This document shows, piece after piece, positions 13,471-26,210 of a stretch of DNA of 64,000 nt. Each line of letters begins with the position of its first letter. The first letter of the stretch is position 1. Source of the stretch: Callorhinchus milii (lineage: Eukaryota). The notes under the pieces were generated by a model. It was given only the letters and a program-made list of their open reading frames with translations. It did no database searches and had not been told where the DNA came from. Where the stretch lies: the NCBI RefSeq assembly GCF_018977255.1, contig NW_024704742.1, positions 75,208,001 through 75,272,000 on the forward strand, written 5' to 3'. The position numbers were made by a program, and so were the translations under genes.

Positions 13471-13773
13471 GGTTAGGACATTGAATTGGGGTTTAAATCT
13501 TAAATCCGGGGCTTAAAGTTAAGAGTCAAACAAGACACAGAGATTCCCCACTACCTGTGTGAGGTGCAGTGAGCACTTTAGAGAAATGATTTCCTCTAGT
13601 GGGGAAATCCAGAAAAGGGGGGCATTGTCTTAAAATTAGAGCTAACCAATTTAGGAGCAAAATCAGAAGGCATTTTCTCACTCAGAGGATAGCGGAAATT
13701 TGGATCCAATACGATTTTCAAGACTGAGGTGTATAGATTTTTGTTAGGCAAGAGTATCAAGGGACATGGGGCA

Positions 13774-14096
13774 AATAATAATAATAATAATAATCCTTGC
13801 ATTTTGATATAACGATTTTCACGTCTTCTAGACGTCCAAAAGCGCTTCACAGAATATACTGTAAAGTGAATTGACTGTATATTTGTGGGTGAACATGGCA
13901 GCCAATTGCTCACAGTAATGTCCCACAAACAGTCATGGATTGAAAATGACCAATTTATTATTGTTGTTTTTTTTGGAGGGATTATTATTAGGCGTGTGGA
14001 GTAAGGAAACTTGCCCAAGGTTTCGCCCTGCCTGGAATTGAACTCAGGTCTCTCACTTGCAAAGCGAGTGCTCTAACCACTGAGCTAAAGGACTCC
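13774..14096 (-). mobile_element. tRNA-Ala-derived SINE (subfamily A), inserted in a CR1 3' end
   Basis: Reverse complement of the family consensus. CR1-type sequence continues on both sides (13575-13773 and 14097-14155). Confidence 0.9.
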
Positions 14097-15419
14097 TGGC
14101 CGGTAATTAGAGTTGAGGTATAGATCAGCCACAATCTTATATAATGGAGGAACAAAATAATCTGTCTCTGTCCCCCTTAAGTTGTTTGCAATCCTCTTCA
14201 TTGCTCAACCGAATCTGAATGTACATTCTGGGATCCCCAAGCACTGTCTCTTGTCAACCTGTGCCTAATACTCTCTAGTGTTAGGTACAAAGGGTACAAA
14301 GGGTATCTGGGGAAGAAGTTCAAATTCCATTTCAAACACAGGGAAATTCCCGTTGATGGTGTACACTTATGAAACTCTCAGTCTGGTTTGGATACTGTTT
14401 AGCATGGTAATTGTTTCCTGCATGTGTCACCCAGCTGACCATAGAAAATTTCTGTAAAGGAAGAATGTAAATAAAAGCCACATTTCTTGTGCGTGGTCTT
14501 ATATCAATATTTACACAAATAAATTAATGATCCTGTACTCCCACTTTATACATTGCTTCAGTGCTGAAGAATAAGCCATTAACTATTCAAGTCTCCAAAT
14601 TCATTTTTCCAGACTGGTGGTAATTAGTGCCCAAGAGGCATTCCCTGACTCACAAATTGTTCAAGACATTTGTCTAGTTTAAACAGAACAACTTGATGAG
14701 CTCTCTGCATCCTGTCATCAACAGCATTAAACTTGTCTGACATGCAGTTGCCCATTAAGAATAAATGCAGAGGCCATATGGCAGATTATTACTGGATAAG
14801 AGGGCTGGGGGAATGCACAATCAGGCCATGGTGGCATTACTTAATGAATAGCCCTAACTCATGATCTGACAGGACCAGAGTTCACTGTGTGGAAGCTGTG
14901 AGCTAATTGATCTCTTATGCCCTCAAAGCCATTATTGCTCTGTTACATGACATGTTCGCATTTCCCCCCAAATTAGGTAATTTGTGACATTCTCCCTTCT
15001 TCTGAATGGGAACATTATACTGTCCTATTTTGCAGTGAATTAAGGTGATGCCCATAATTGATTTATATTATTTCTAACAGGTGATCAACATCTGGTAATA
15101 TGATCATAACAATAATCTTTGTATTTAATACAGCACCTTATCATGTAATCAAGGTGTCTCAAAGTATAAAGTGGTGTGAAATTGCATTTTGTGAGTAAAT
15201 GCAACAATCAGTGTGTGCACAGCAATGTCCCACACACAGTTACCAATTTTATTTGGGGGATTGTTGGCCAGGACAACGGGATAATTCTTTTTGAATAGTG
15301 CCATGGGATCTTTAGCGTGCACCTGACCAGGCAGATGAGATCTTGATTTAACATCTCATTCAAAGTTTTCAATACTGGTACTGAGAAGCTTCTGTTTCCA
15401 ATTGATTCAGTTCCAGAAC

Positions 15420-17560
15420 GCTGGCATCCTTACTCCATTGGATTCTGTGCCTGGGTCCCCTCTGGGGAAAGAATACTCAATCCAAAACCTCCCTACCATC
15501 ATTGCCCCTATGCCACTCCGATCCCTGACAAGGATCACTTTCCTCCACCTCTGCCCGCTTCTGACCATATCTCACACCTAATGCAGTTGAAATCCTTTTT
15601 CATCACCTCCCACCTCAATTATTCTAATTCACTCCTCGCTGGTCTCCCCAGCCCCACCATTCATAAAATGCAATTAAATCAAAATTTCCTCCACCCTTAT
15701 GCTCACCTGTACTAAACACTGCACCCTCATCACCATGGTCCTTGATAAGTTTCACTTGCTCCCTTCCTATTGCAGAGCATATTGATTTTAAGATCCTCAC
15801 ACTCACATACAAATGACTTCCATACCTCTCCAACCTGCTTACACCCTACTCCACTCCCAGCGCCTTTGCTTAGCTGACTCCAGCCTCCTCGCCCCTCTGC
15901 TCCATCACTCGAAGCTGTGCTTTCAGCCACAATTACCCAAGAATTTGAAATTCTCTGCCTCAATGCTTCTGCCTTGCACCCTCCTTTTCCATCTTGAAAT
16001 CACACCTGAAGACCATGCTAATGGTCACCTCATTTCCTTTCCTGGTTCTGCATAAAGCTCCACCAATGTTAAGCATTCTGAGATTCTACCCCGCGAGTAT
16101 ATAACTACAAGTTGTTATTGTTGTTTTGAAAATGAGGATACAGTTCCAGAGGATAGGGAGATTAATGATGTTCAATAGAATGAGATCAAGAAAGGTCAGT
16201 TTGTAGAGAGGGTTGACTCAGTCACGGGTATGTTCAAGAGGTCAGTTAATAGGTTCAAGAAGATATTAGGTTTCATAATGGAAACAAGGGAGATGAAAGT
16301 GGAGAGCGATGAGGTTGACGTGGCAGATATTAAATTAGCTAGGTATCTACTACAACAACAACAAATTACATTTGTATAGCGCCTTTCACGTCAGGAGGAC
16401 GTCCCAAAGCATTGGACAGTCAGGGATCTGCACCTGAGCTGGGGGTTGGGATCTGGAGGGGTGAAGGGTGGGGAGGGTAGGAGTAGGAGGGTGACCTAAG
16501 GCATGGTCAAAGAAGAGGGTCTTGAGACGGGTCTTGAAGGAGGCAAGGTAGGGGACAAAGTGGAGGGACTGTGCGTTGGAGTTCCAAAGGGTGGGGGCAA
16601 AGAGGCTGAAGGCCCACCCGCCAATGGTGGGGCAGGCAAGTGAGGGACGTGAAGCAAGCCGGAGCCCGTCAAGGCTTGCAGTCCCAGGGATCGTGCATTA
16701 CCTGGAGTTTAACCAGCTAAAATCGCATAGCTTGCCATTGAAAGCAATAACAACAACTTGCATTTATATAACGACCTTCAATTGGGGTAGCTTAGCAATG
16801 GCAGAGCTGGACATCAAGCCAGGTAGATGGGGGAGGTGACCTTGGGCATGGTTGAAGAGTAAAGTCTTCATGTGTGATCTGAAGATGGGCAAGGAAGAGG
16901 CAAGGCAGAAGCAATGAGGCAGAGAGTTCCATTTGGGGTGTAGTGGCTGAAAGCACAGCCAGGAATGATAGAGCAGAGGGGATGAACGATGTGCAGGAGG
17001 TTGGAGGCTGCTGAGCAAAGGGATCAGGGAGAGGAGTGAAGTGTAAGCAGGTCAGAGAAATAGGGATGTGCCTGGACACAAAATGATTTGAAAATGAGTG
17101 TGAGGATCTTGAAATCTATCTATTCTGGAATAGGGAACCAATCGGGAAATACGGGGTGATGAGGGTGTGTAGTTTGGTGGAGATGACGTTATGGTGTTTT
17201 TAATTAACTGGATTTTATGAATGGTGGCACTTGGGAGACTAGTGAGGTGGGCACTGGAATAATCGAGTCGGAAGGTGACAGATGCACTAGGTTGTGAAGT
17301 ATAGTCAGAGTTGAGCAAAATGGTGGAGGTAGAGGAACATGGTCTTAGTCAAGAGTCGGATGTGGGTAAAGAAGGACATCTAAGGATCAATACAGGTTGG
17401 TTACAGGTTCAGTCAGTCTGAGGGATGGTTCAGGAGGTCAGCTGCAAGTGAGGAGGTATTGAGGGGAGAGAAGAAAGATGGCTTTCAGCTTGTAAATATT
17501 CAGCTGCAGAAAGATGGTGCTCATCCAAGCCTTTACCTCTGACAAGTAAAAGGACAGAAC
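15420..17560. mobile_element. Cluster of L2 fragments: 15420-16125(+), 16350-16670(-), 16745-17560(-)
   Basis: RLDYSSA..LPSATIHKIQLIKN, FKILTL and WNSLP..KTLLF motifs; (ttg)n/(caa)n tails. Confidence 0.8.
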
Positions 17561-18669
17561 AGTTAAAGCACTGTCTACTTGGTCATGTTTTATTTTGCAG
17601 GGTTAGCATGAGCTGAATGCGAAGAAATCCCTATCCACAGTGATTGATCTGCCTCTCCAAATCCTGCTGATAAGCCAGGCTGGCTGGTCTGTCATTAGCA
17701 GTGACCTGGAGTACTGCAGATCCACCTGACTGACAAACCAGACTGCTAGACTGCCACAGAGGGTTGACTTGATTCTGACATTCTGTTGCCAAGCATGTCA
17801 CCTTGGAGCCAGCTCAGATTCAAGGAGACCCTGCTTACATCCTCCCTCTTCCTTCTCAGAGGATAGTAGGTGGATGTAAAGACATTCAGCATGGGGAGGG
17901 ATAAGAATAGGGGAAGAGAGAAGGTTTGAGAGGCTAAGGCAACCAAGCACTCATAGATTGACAGTAACTATCCTAAAATTATCACCAAGTGTGCCTTAGA
18001 AAAGGTACATGGGAATATATTTTCTCCAGTCATGCTTAATCACACTCCGTGATCTCTCTAAAACCACTCACTGTGCTTCCATGCATTGTTTCAACTCACA
18101 GATAAACAGCAGGGGGTAACATAACTTTACAAATCATTTGTGATCTTTCTCAGATATGCCACTATGTGGTGTGCTAACATAAGACAAGCAAAATGAGTAT
18201 TTGATTACAGTATTGATATAACTGATATCATTAATAAGACTTTCTTCTAAGGATTATATAAATGAAATGAAAATAAATTGTCACAAAAAACCACAATACA
18301 ATTTGATGTTGCAATCTCTCTGCCCCCACCTTTTGGAACTCCGTCCCACAGTCCCTCCACCTCGTCCCCTCCCTTCCCTCCTTCAAGATCCGTCTCAAAA
18401 CCCTCCTCTTCAGTCATGCCTTCGGTCACCCTTCTATCCCTACCCTCCCCGACTTCCACCGCTCCTGATCCTAAACACCAGCTCAGGTGCGGATCCCTGA
18501 CCAGTGCCTTGGGACGTCCTCCTGATGTGAAAGGCGTTATTCAAATGTAATTTGTTGTTGTTGTTGCATTTAATATAGTGCCTTTCATGTCAGGAGATTG
18601 GATATTTGCGGTAGGGTTTTGTATCAAAGGTATTTAGTTCTCAACCTGTTCCAATTGTTTACCCTAAAG

Positions 18670-19760
18670 TACAGGAACCAAACTGAGATTTCCATGCATC
18701 CCACCTACACATGGAAATCTCAGAGATAGATTGTTGGAATGGAATGCACTCTCTCTTCCTGGAGGGACGCATCCTGCTTACCTAATTCCAGTAGGTATTA
18801 GGCACAGGTTAACAAGAGGCAAGGCTTGGGGACCCCAGAGTGTGTGTAGGGCCACCCTGCCGTTAGGGCTTTGGCTTGCAGGAAAGGGAGAAGCTGAGTG
18901 GGATGATTCTGTTTCCCAGTGACTGGTCTGCCCTTCTAGGTCCTGCCAATGAGACAGGCTATCTGTGCTGTCATCAGCAGTGCCCTGGAATACTGCAGAC
19001 TCTCCTGGATCAGGAACCGGATTACCAAGACCGCCACAGAGAGCTGGCTCGATTCTGGCATTCCATTGCCAGGCATGTCCCCTTGGAGCCAGCTCAGTTC
19101 CCAGGAGACCACCACATACCTCCCATCAAGGAGGATAGTTACTAATTAGTCGTTTGACATCTGACAAGTGCATGTTTGAGCTCTCACTGGGTGGATGGTA
19201 GGCATCAGGAACTCCTTGATAGCTTCCCGGTGGACAACACGTCTCAGCATGAAATGTGCAAGAGCATTGCCACCATCTTCCTGTCCGCAGCTCGGGCATG
19301 CACCCCTTCCCATTGAGCGATGTTTCCACCAGCTGGAGGTGCAGAGTTTAAGCAACAGCTGCTTACCTCTCTGCAGGCCAGTCAAGGTGGATTGCAGGTG
19401 CTGGACATACAAACGTGTCTGCACAAACTTGGACTCCAGGTAATGGCTTCCAGCAGCTGTTGCCCCAAGCCTCAGAGTTTCCTCATCAGCTATCTGGCAG
19501 ACATCTGCCTTCAATGTGGTGGGTGGACCTTTACAGGACAGCTTGTGACATGCCAGCCACCTTGATGTTCTCAAGGTCTAAGTCCAATGCCAAGTACAAG
19601 GCTTACTCAGGACCAGCTGCTCAATCCAGGTCCTCATGTGAGGGGCCTTGGCAAATAGACTTTCCTAATGTGAAGCTGCCTCTGTCTCCAGGGTGCTCCA
19701 TCCCTGTAGCTGCATCCCGTGTTTGCCACAAGTTCATGAATGAAGCTGGGAGGCAATAAT
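18670..19760 (-). mobile_element. Non-LTR retrotransposon 3' part: ORF C-terminus with CCHC knuckle plus long 3' UTR (RTEX-like, clade uncertain)
   Basis: ORF 19146-19574(-) ends ...KQLLLKLCTSSWWKHRSMGRGACPSCGQEDGGNALAHFMLRR. The homologous copy near 60380 reads FMLIC, which gives a CxxC..HxxxxC consensus. The downstream UTR recurs many times in the window. Confidence 0.7.
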
Positions 19761-20580
19761 GCAATCCAGCACCATTGAGAAAAAGAGTAAATTAGAAACA
19801 GGTGATAGCTAAATGGTTTATAGTGTTCCAACCAGAAGAGCAGCAATGCCAATGGTTTTGAAAGAGAGGGATACCAGGACAGAGGAAAGGGAGAAGTTGG
19901 TGACTTCAGCCAGCAGGGGTGGCCACAAAGTTAGATGGAATCAAAGTTTGGAGGGTGGTCTGGAGAGAGGAGGGAGGGGTAAAGGAAGTGGAGGTATCTG
20001 AGTCAATCTTGTCAATTTTAAATACCAGGAAGTCCACAGCCACCTCATATTTGGAGTTGAAGCTGAGGAAGGATGGAGCAATAAAAGATGGGTGGAGGAA
20101 GTGGCTTAGGGTAGAAAAAAGCCCCTTGGATTACCTTTGACCTCCAGGGTAACCTTGGAGTAGAAAGAGTCCAAAGAGAGACTCCTGTCTCTTTTCAAAC
20201 AGTGCCATGGGATCTTTGACATCCACCTGGACAGGCAGAAGACATCTTGGGTTTAACATCTCATCCAAATGTCTGCACCTCCGACAATATAGCACACCCA
20301 CAACACTGCATTGGAATATCAGATTCGACAATATAGATTCCAAATCCCGATTTGGGTCTTGAACCCACAACCTTCTGAAAGAAAGGTGAGAATCCTAGCA
20401 ACCGAGCCAGACCTGACTCAGTTGGTAGCACTCTCACCTCTCTGTCAGACAATAGCATACAATAGCTCAATAGGTACAATTGTCCATTAGACACACATTA
20501 GCTCAATAGGTCAATTTCTATATGAATTCCGTTTTCTACTTTTCTATCCCATCTGCTAAAATATTAATCTTTTCCTATAG

Positions 20581-20642
20581 GCTTTCGCATTTCTCCTCAA
20601 AGTTTGCCATGATCCTTCTATTTGCTGTAATCAGTCATTTAG
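20581..20642 (+). pseudogene. Possible upstream decayed exon (62 nt, phase 0-2)
   Basis: Strong acceptor aatcttttcctatag|. Reads AFAFLLKVCHDPSICCNQSF, followed by AG|atatgt, which would be a mutated gtatgt donor. Phase fits the 21262 exon. Confidence 0.25.
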
Positions 20643-21261
20643 ATATGTGGCCTCCTACTGCAGTTCCAGATTATCATTTGCATTAGGGAATTAGGAGAGG
20701 CCTTAGATTCCTTTCCTCCCCACCTCCCCCCAGCCTTGACACAATAGTAATGTCTTTGGTTGGTGATGCATCGATGAGGGAATTTCACCCAATTTTACAA
20801 CCAAACGTATACGACCAATTTAACAACTACAAGAATGTTTAATTGGATGGTTCTGGTTTGCAGTGCTAGTTGGCAGTATGTTGATAAATCTGTTTACTTG
20901 TTGCTTCCCCTTCCACACCAATTCAACCAGGCACCAATTTTATATTTTTGGGGGCATAAAAATACATGAAAACTGAAGGGCTTTCTATAAAACCGTTCAC
21001 ACCCATTTATATTTTATTTTTGCATTTGTAACACAAGCAATAAAAAATGAAATTGAAATATTTTGTAACTAATGAGAAAGTTAAGTGATGTTTACAGTAA
21101 AGAAACACAATTAATCATTTAAAATAAATCTAAAGCTTGCCTAAGATTGTTCCCATTTGTGCTCTCATCAGTTTCACTGTGACTGTCAATAAGCAATTAC
21201 ATTTGACCCAAATGAAGAGTGACTTCTGTAAATTGTTCGATTAATTTCCTTCTCTTACTAG

Positions 21262-21456
21262 CTTTCCAGATTTAGTCCTGTACTAAATTTACATTCCGAA
21301 CAACCTTATCAGGAAACTTCATCGGTGCAGGCCTGACAGCACATAAAGCATTGACAAGCAAAGTGGTTTGTTTTTAACTGTATTCAAGTGCTCAAACTTC
21401 CCAACACTGAGAACTTCAGTGTTCAAGGCTGAAAGATTAACTGAGAGATATTATAA
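21262..21456 (+). pseudogene. Candidate decayed exon (195 nt, phase 2-2) of an unidentified gene
   Basis: Acceptor ttaatttccttctcttactag|, donor AA|gtaagg. Frame reads FPDLVLY*IYIPNNLIRKLHRCRPDST*SIDKQSGLFLTVFKCSNFPTLRTSVFKAERLTERYY with two TAA stops. Phase joins the 25544 exon (AA+A = Lys). Confidence 0.4.
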
Positions 21457-21496
21457 GTAAGGTGGATTAGGACATATTTTAATGAAAACAGACTTC

Positions 21497-21558
21497 AATA
21501 GTTCAAGTGTCAACAGAGGTTAAGCTAGGGCTTAACCTCTGTTGACACTTGAACTATT
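21497..21558. repeat. Perfect hairpin/palindrome: 29-bp arms, 4-nt loop
   Basis: aatagttcaagtgtcaacagaggttaagc (21497-21525), loop tagg, gcttaacctctgttgacacttgaactatt (21530-21558). Confidence 0.97.
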
Positions 21559-21704
21559 CAGCCATGTAAATAAACATCTCAGAGGGTATTTTATAGAGAT
21601 TCAATAGGTTAAGATTAAGTAAACAAGAAGACCGTGAAAGGCAATTTTAGAACAGATATCAGGAAGTATTTATTTATACAGAGGATGGTCAACAGATCTT
21701 TTAA

Positions 21705-24700
21705 TGAACAATAACTTGCATTTATATAGTACCCCTCACACAAGATAGCATCCCAGAACACTTCACAGTGGCGGAGCATGGCTCTGAGCTGGGGGAAGGG
21801 GGAGGTGACCGTAGGCACAGTCGAATAGGAAGGTCTTCAGGTGCAACCTGAAAATGGGGAAACAAGGGGCAAGGCAGAGGGATAGAGGAAGAGTGTTCCA
21901 GAGTTTCGCCGCTGAAAGCGCGGCCACCATTGGTGAAAAGGAGGGCACGGGGGAAATGCAGAAGGCCAGAGCCAGTCGAGCGGTGGCAGCAGATTGTGGG
22001 TTGAGGGGTAAGCAGGTTGGAGAGGTAGGGAGGTGCCAGGACATGAGAAGGCCTTCGAAAGCGAGTGTGAGGATCTTGAAAGCAAACCGTTCAGTAATGG
22101 GGAGCCAGTGGAGCTTGGCTAGAACGGATGGGATGGGGTAACTGATATAATCATCTTGTGATGTGCATGACACTACATTTTGTTGCCCATCCAGCTCTGA
22201 GATCTGATGGGTTTTCAGTCAAATGAATAGCTTACTGACCATAAATGCAGGACTGGAGTTGTGTGGTAGTCAGAATGAATAAGTATAGCGGATTCCCTGC
22301 CCCAAAGAGAAGGAAGGGATTAATGAGCCAGTTTGGACAACATTTTGTCGCCATTTTTCCTAGTGCTAGCTCTAATTGAATTTTCTTCAACTCAAATCAT
22401 GCAACTATCATAATGGCATTCAAACATATGACCTTTCTAATCTTGAAACATTACCATAGAAAGGAGGAGCAAAAGAAACACTGGGTCCAGAGGAACTTAG
22501 AAATTGAAAAATGTTATTCAGCCCATTGAGCCTCTTCCAGCAGTTTATTAAATCATGGAAAACCTTTTAATAGAGGTTTTCTACCTTTTCTCCATTTATT
22601 TTCCCCTTAAAACATCCCAATTGATTCTGCTTGTATTCAGGTTCCTAGGGGTCGAAATTCCATTACATAAACATAGCCGTCGTAAATGGGTCTGAATGGC
22701 ACTGACATTTTTATTGACATAGTGTGATGTCCTGGCTTGTAACTACTTGAGTTTCTACCCAAGAAAATTTAGATAGTCTCAAAATGGCACAATTATCTTC
22801 TCTACAAAAATCTCAGAATAAATAGAAATTTCAGGCCTTTTCCATGGGTTCCATGGTATGTAACTCATAAAAACCTGTGCAAACTGCCCACATGAATTCT
22901 GCAAGTACATTTCATTTACAAGTACCTCAACTGTCCTTTCTACCCCACGTCCGTGCCATGACATGTTCTGACTTCCCCCACCTCCGCAACTGCCTCACCC
23001 CTCAGGCCGCCAAAACCCTATCCACTCATTCATCAGATCTAGGCTTGACTACGCCAACTCCCTGCTTGTCGGCCTTCCCAACTCTTCCCTCCATAGGTTG
23101 CAGATCATCCTGAATTCTGCAGCGAATGTCCTCTCCTTCACCAGGCTCCGTGACCCCATTGCCCCCACCCGCCCAGCTCCATTGGCTCCCCATATCCCAA
23201 AGGATAGAGTTGAAAATCATCATCCTCGGCTTCAAGGCCTTCCACAGCTTGCTCTGTCCTACCTTTGCGACCTGCTGACCCCATATCAACCTGTTCACTA
23301 TCCCCACTCAGCAGGCTGTGGCCTGCTTCACATCACCCGCCTGGCCAACCCCACTATCGGCGGTCAGGCCTTCAGCCTTTCTGCCCCCACCCTTTGGAAC
23401 TCCATCCCACATTCCCTTCGCCTTGCTCCCTCCCTTGCTTTCTTCAAGGCACATCAGAAAACCCGCCATGGTGGGGTGGGGGAGGGGAACGTAAACTACC
23501 AAGCAGAGGGAGTGACCAGGTTGGTATGGTTTAGGAAGCCGCAGAGGTTGGGTGGAGCAAGATTGTCGAGAGATTTTACTGGGGTTGGGGAATAGTGGAG
23601 CTGGATGAGGATTTACAAAGATTTACAAAGAATGCATACAACAACAACAACAAGATTTCATTTATAGAGCACCTTTCACGTCGGGAGGACTTGCCAAGCC
23701 GCTGGACAGTTGGGTCAGGACCCAAGCAGGAGGGAAATGGTCAGTGTGAGGGGAGGGAACGAGGAGGGGGTCGAGAAGGGAGCTGAAGGCATGGTCAAAG
23801 AGAAAGGTCTTGAGACCAGCCTTGAAGGAGGAAAGCATGGTATCAGGCCTTTCAGCACAATCGGTTAGTGTTTGTTCTCCACATGAATCTTCACACATTT
23901 CTTACTCCATCCTTTACACTTAAATGCCCCTTTCCTTCTTGTAAAGGTCTACTTTCCTCTTGAACACATCTATACTATCTGATTCAACCAACACTTCTGG
24001 CTGCGAGTTCCACAATCTTATTACCTCTTGTGTGAAGTAGTTCCTCCTAAATTCTCTTTCACATCCCCTATCTTATACTTGTGTCCTGATTACAATCTCT
24101 CCAACCAGTGGAAACAACCAATTTATGCTAACCTTATCAAACTATTTTATATTTTTCATAACTCTATTAGGTTCCTTCTTAAACATCCCTTCTTTAATGA
24201 AAAAAGACCTCCAATCAATCCTGATAAGATGGGGATGATGGGCTTGCATAGTGTAGTGTGAGAAAGCACATGAGCTGCAGAGTTCTGGATAGCCTGCAGA
24301 TTGTGGAGGAAAACATTGGGTAGTTTGGGGAGCAGAGAGTTGGTCTAATGTTACCTGGATGTAATTAAATGCATTATTAGGGTATCAGAGCACAAGGAGA
24401 GAGGTAGTATTGGAGGCTGACAATATTATTGAGGTGGGAAGAAAGCTGAGAGGGTCAGAGCATGAATGTAAGGTTTAAAGAACAGTTAGAATTGACACAG
24501 TGATTCTGCACAGGCTCCACAAAGTGGAATGTACATCCAAGTAGTTTGATGCTGTGATGAGATGGCAATGTACGCGAGCCAAGCAGGAAAGTCTCCATCT
24601 TGTCAATGTTCCATTGAAGAAAGTTAGACCTCATTTAGGACTTGATGTCCAACAGACAATTGGTCAGAATAGCAGTGGTCCCGGAATTGAGGGTAGTGGC

Positions 24701-25480
24701 AGAGAGGTGGAATTGGATGTCATCTGCATGTGGAGGTTAACCCCATGTCTTGGGATGACATTTCCGAATGAGAAAATGTAGAGATTAAAAAGAAGAGGAC
24801 AGGTCAGAGAGCTGAGGAATGCTGAATGTTGGGATAGATAAGAGTGAAACCAGGAGAGGACAGAACCATGAAGGTGGATCGGAGAGGAAAGGCAGTGGAT
24901 GAGAATTCCATGATCGACAATGTTGACGGTGGCAGAGAGATCAAGAGGAACAGGGAGGTAGAGAGACCCCTAGTGACAGATAGAAAGAATGTCATTGGTG
25001 ACTTTCACCAGGGCCATCTCAGTACTGTGGACAGCGCAGAAGCTGGATTGGAGGATCCAGGAGGTGCAGGGAAAGGAAAGAGCAAACCTGGCAAGCAACA
25101 ACTCACTCCAATACGTTTGAGAGGAAAGGTAGGTTGGAGATGCGATGGTATCATAGAATCATAGAATCGTATAGCACAGAAGGAGGACATTCAGCCCATC
25201 GTGTCTGTGCTGGGTCTTTGAAATAGCTATCCAATTCAATCCCACTCCCGCTCTCTCCCCATAGCCCTGCAAACTTGTCCTCCCCAAATAATTATCTGGT
25301 AGTTAGGGAACAAGGATGGGTTGAGGAAAGCTTTTTTTTAATAAGAGAGGTGACAACAGCTGTTTTGAAAGGGTTGGGAAGTTTGACGGTAGTTGGTGAT
25401 GTCCATTAACAGACGGGGCAAAAAGGTGGAGCTGGGAGGACAGGAGGGGTGGAGATGGGGTTGAGCGAGCACATAGAGCA
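21705..25480. mobile_element. Cluster of L2 fragments: 21705-22180(-), 22935-23465(+), 23640-23840(-), 24250-25150(-), 25300-25480(-)
   Basis: LAKLHWLPITERFAFKIL, GGQAFSLSAPTLWNSIP and the LISLPPSTLSI region (LDLSAAFDT-like RT segment, frameshifted). Confidence 0.8.
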
Positions 25481-25543
25481 TTTCATATGGGGTATGAGGG
25501 AGGAATGGGATGAATAATGTAAAATTTTATACACCTCTGTAAG

Positions 25544-25609
25544 AGACCCTCTGAGCCATCTTCTCTCACAACTGAAGGGTGGCAGAGGTTATCTTCCACA
25601 AGAAAATAG
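25544..25609 (+). pseudogene. Candidate exon (66 nt, phase 2-2) of the same unidentified gene
   Basis: Acceptor ttttatacacctctgtaag|, donor AG|gtacgg. The only stop-free frame is DPLSHLLSQLKGGRGYLPQEN. Confidence 0.45.
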
Positions 25610-26210
25610 GTACGGTGCATGTCTGTGTACATTTTCAACAAAATGCAGTGAACATTTTCCTGCCACAGTATCCAAAATCTACTTAGCCTTGCTAATAGTG
25701 TAACAATTATTTGTTGTTCTAATTTAAACAACACGAATGGTTACATTCAGGGAACCTTTCACGATCAGAATCTAGTTTCCTGTCTTTTCACTATGTATCC
25801 TTTTATCCTCACTGTCCTTTTCTTTGAAGTGATGTAAAAGAAGACGTTTCTTATTCAAAAATTATCTGCAATGCTTTCTGGAGAGCTTACTCACTCTGTA
25901 GGCTATTTCTGGTAGAGTGATTATTTGGTTAAATGTGTATTGAAACATTCAGGCAATCCACAAGTTTTTCATGAGACAAATGATTAATTTATGTAGAAAA
26001 ACACTTAGAATGTTTTTCCTCTGAATTTGTGCTTTTATATTTCACATTAAAAAAACTCTTATGCCTGGCTTTCAGTTTCCATGACCTATTCATAATCATA
26101 CAATTTAAATTTTCTCCAAAAAATAGAAAATTATGATTTAAGAGTAATTCTTAACCAAATGTAGACTTATCGCCTCTCAAATGTCCACATTTTAAAGAAT
26201 TCTAACGCAA

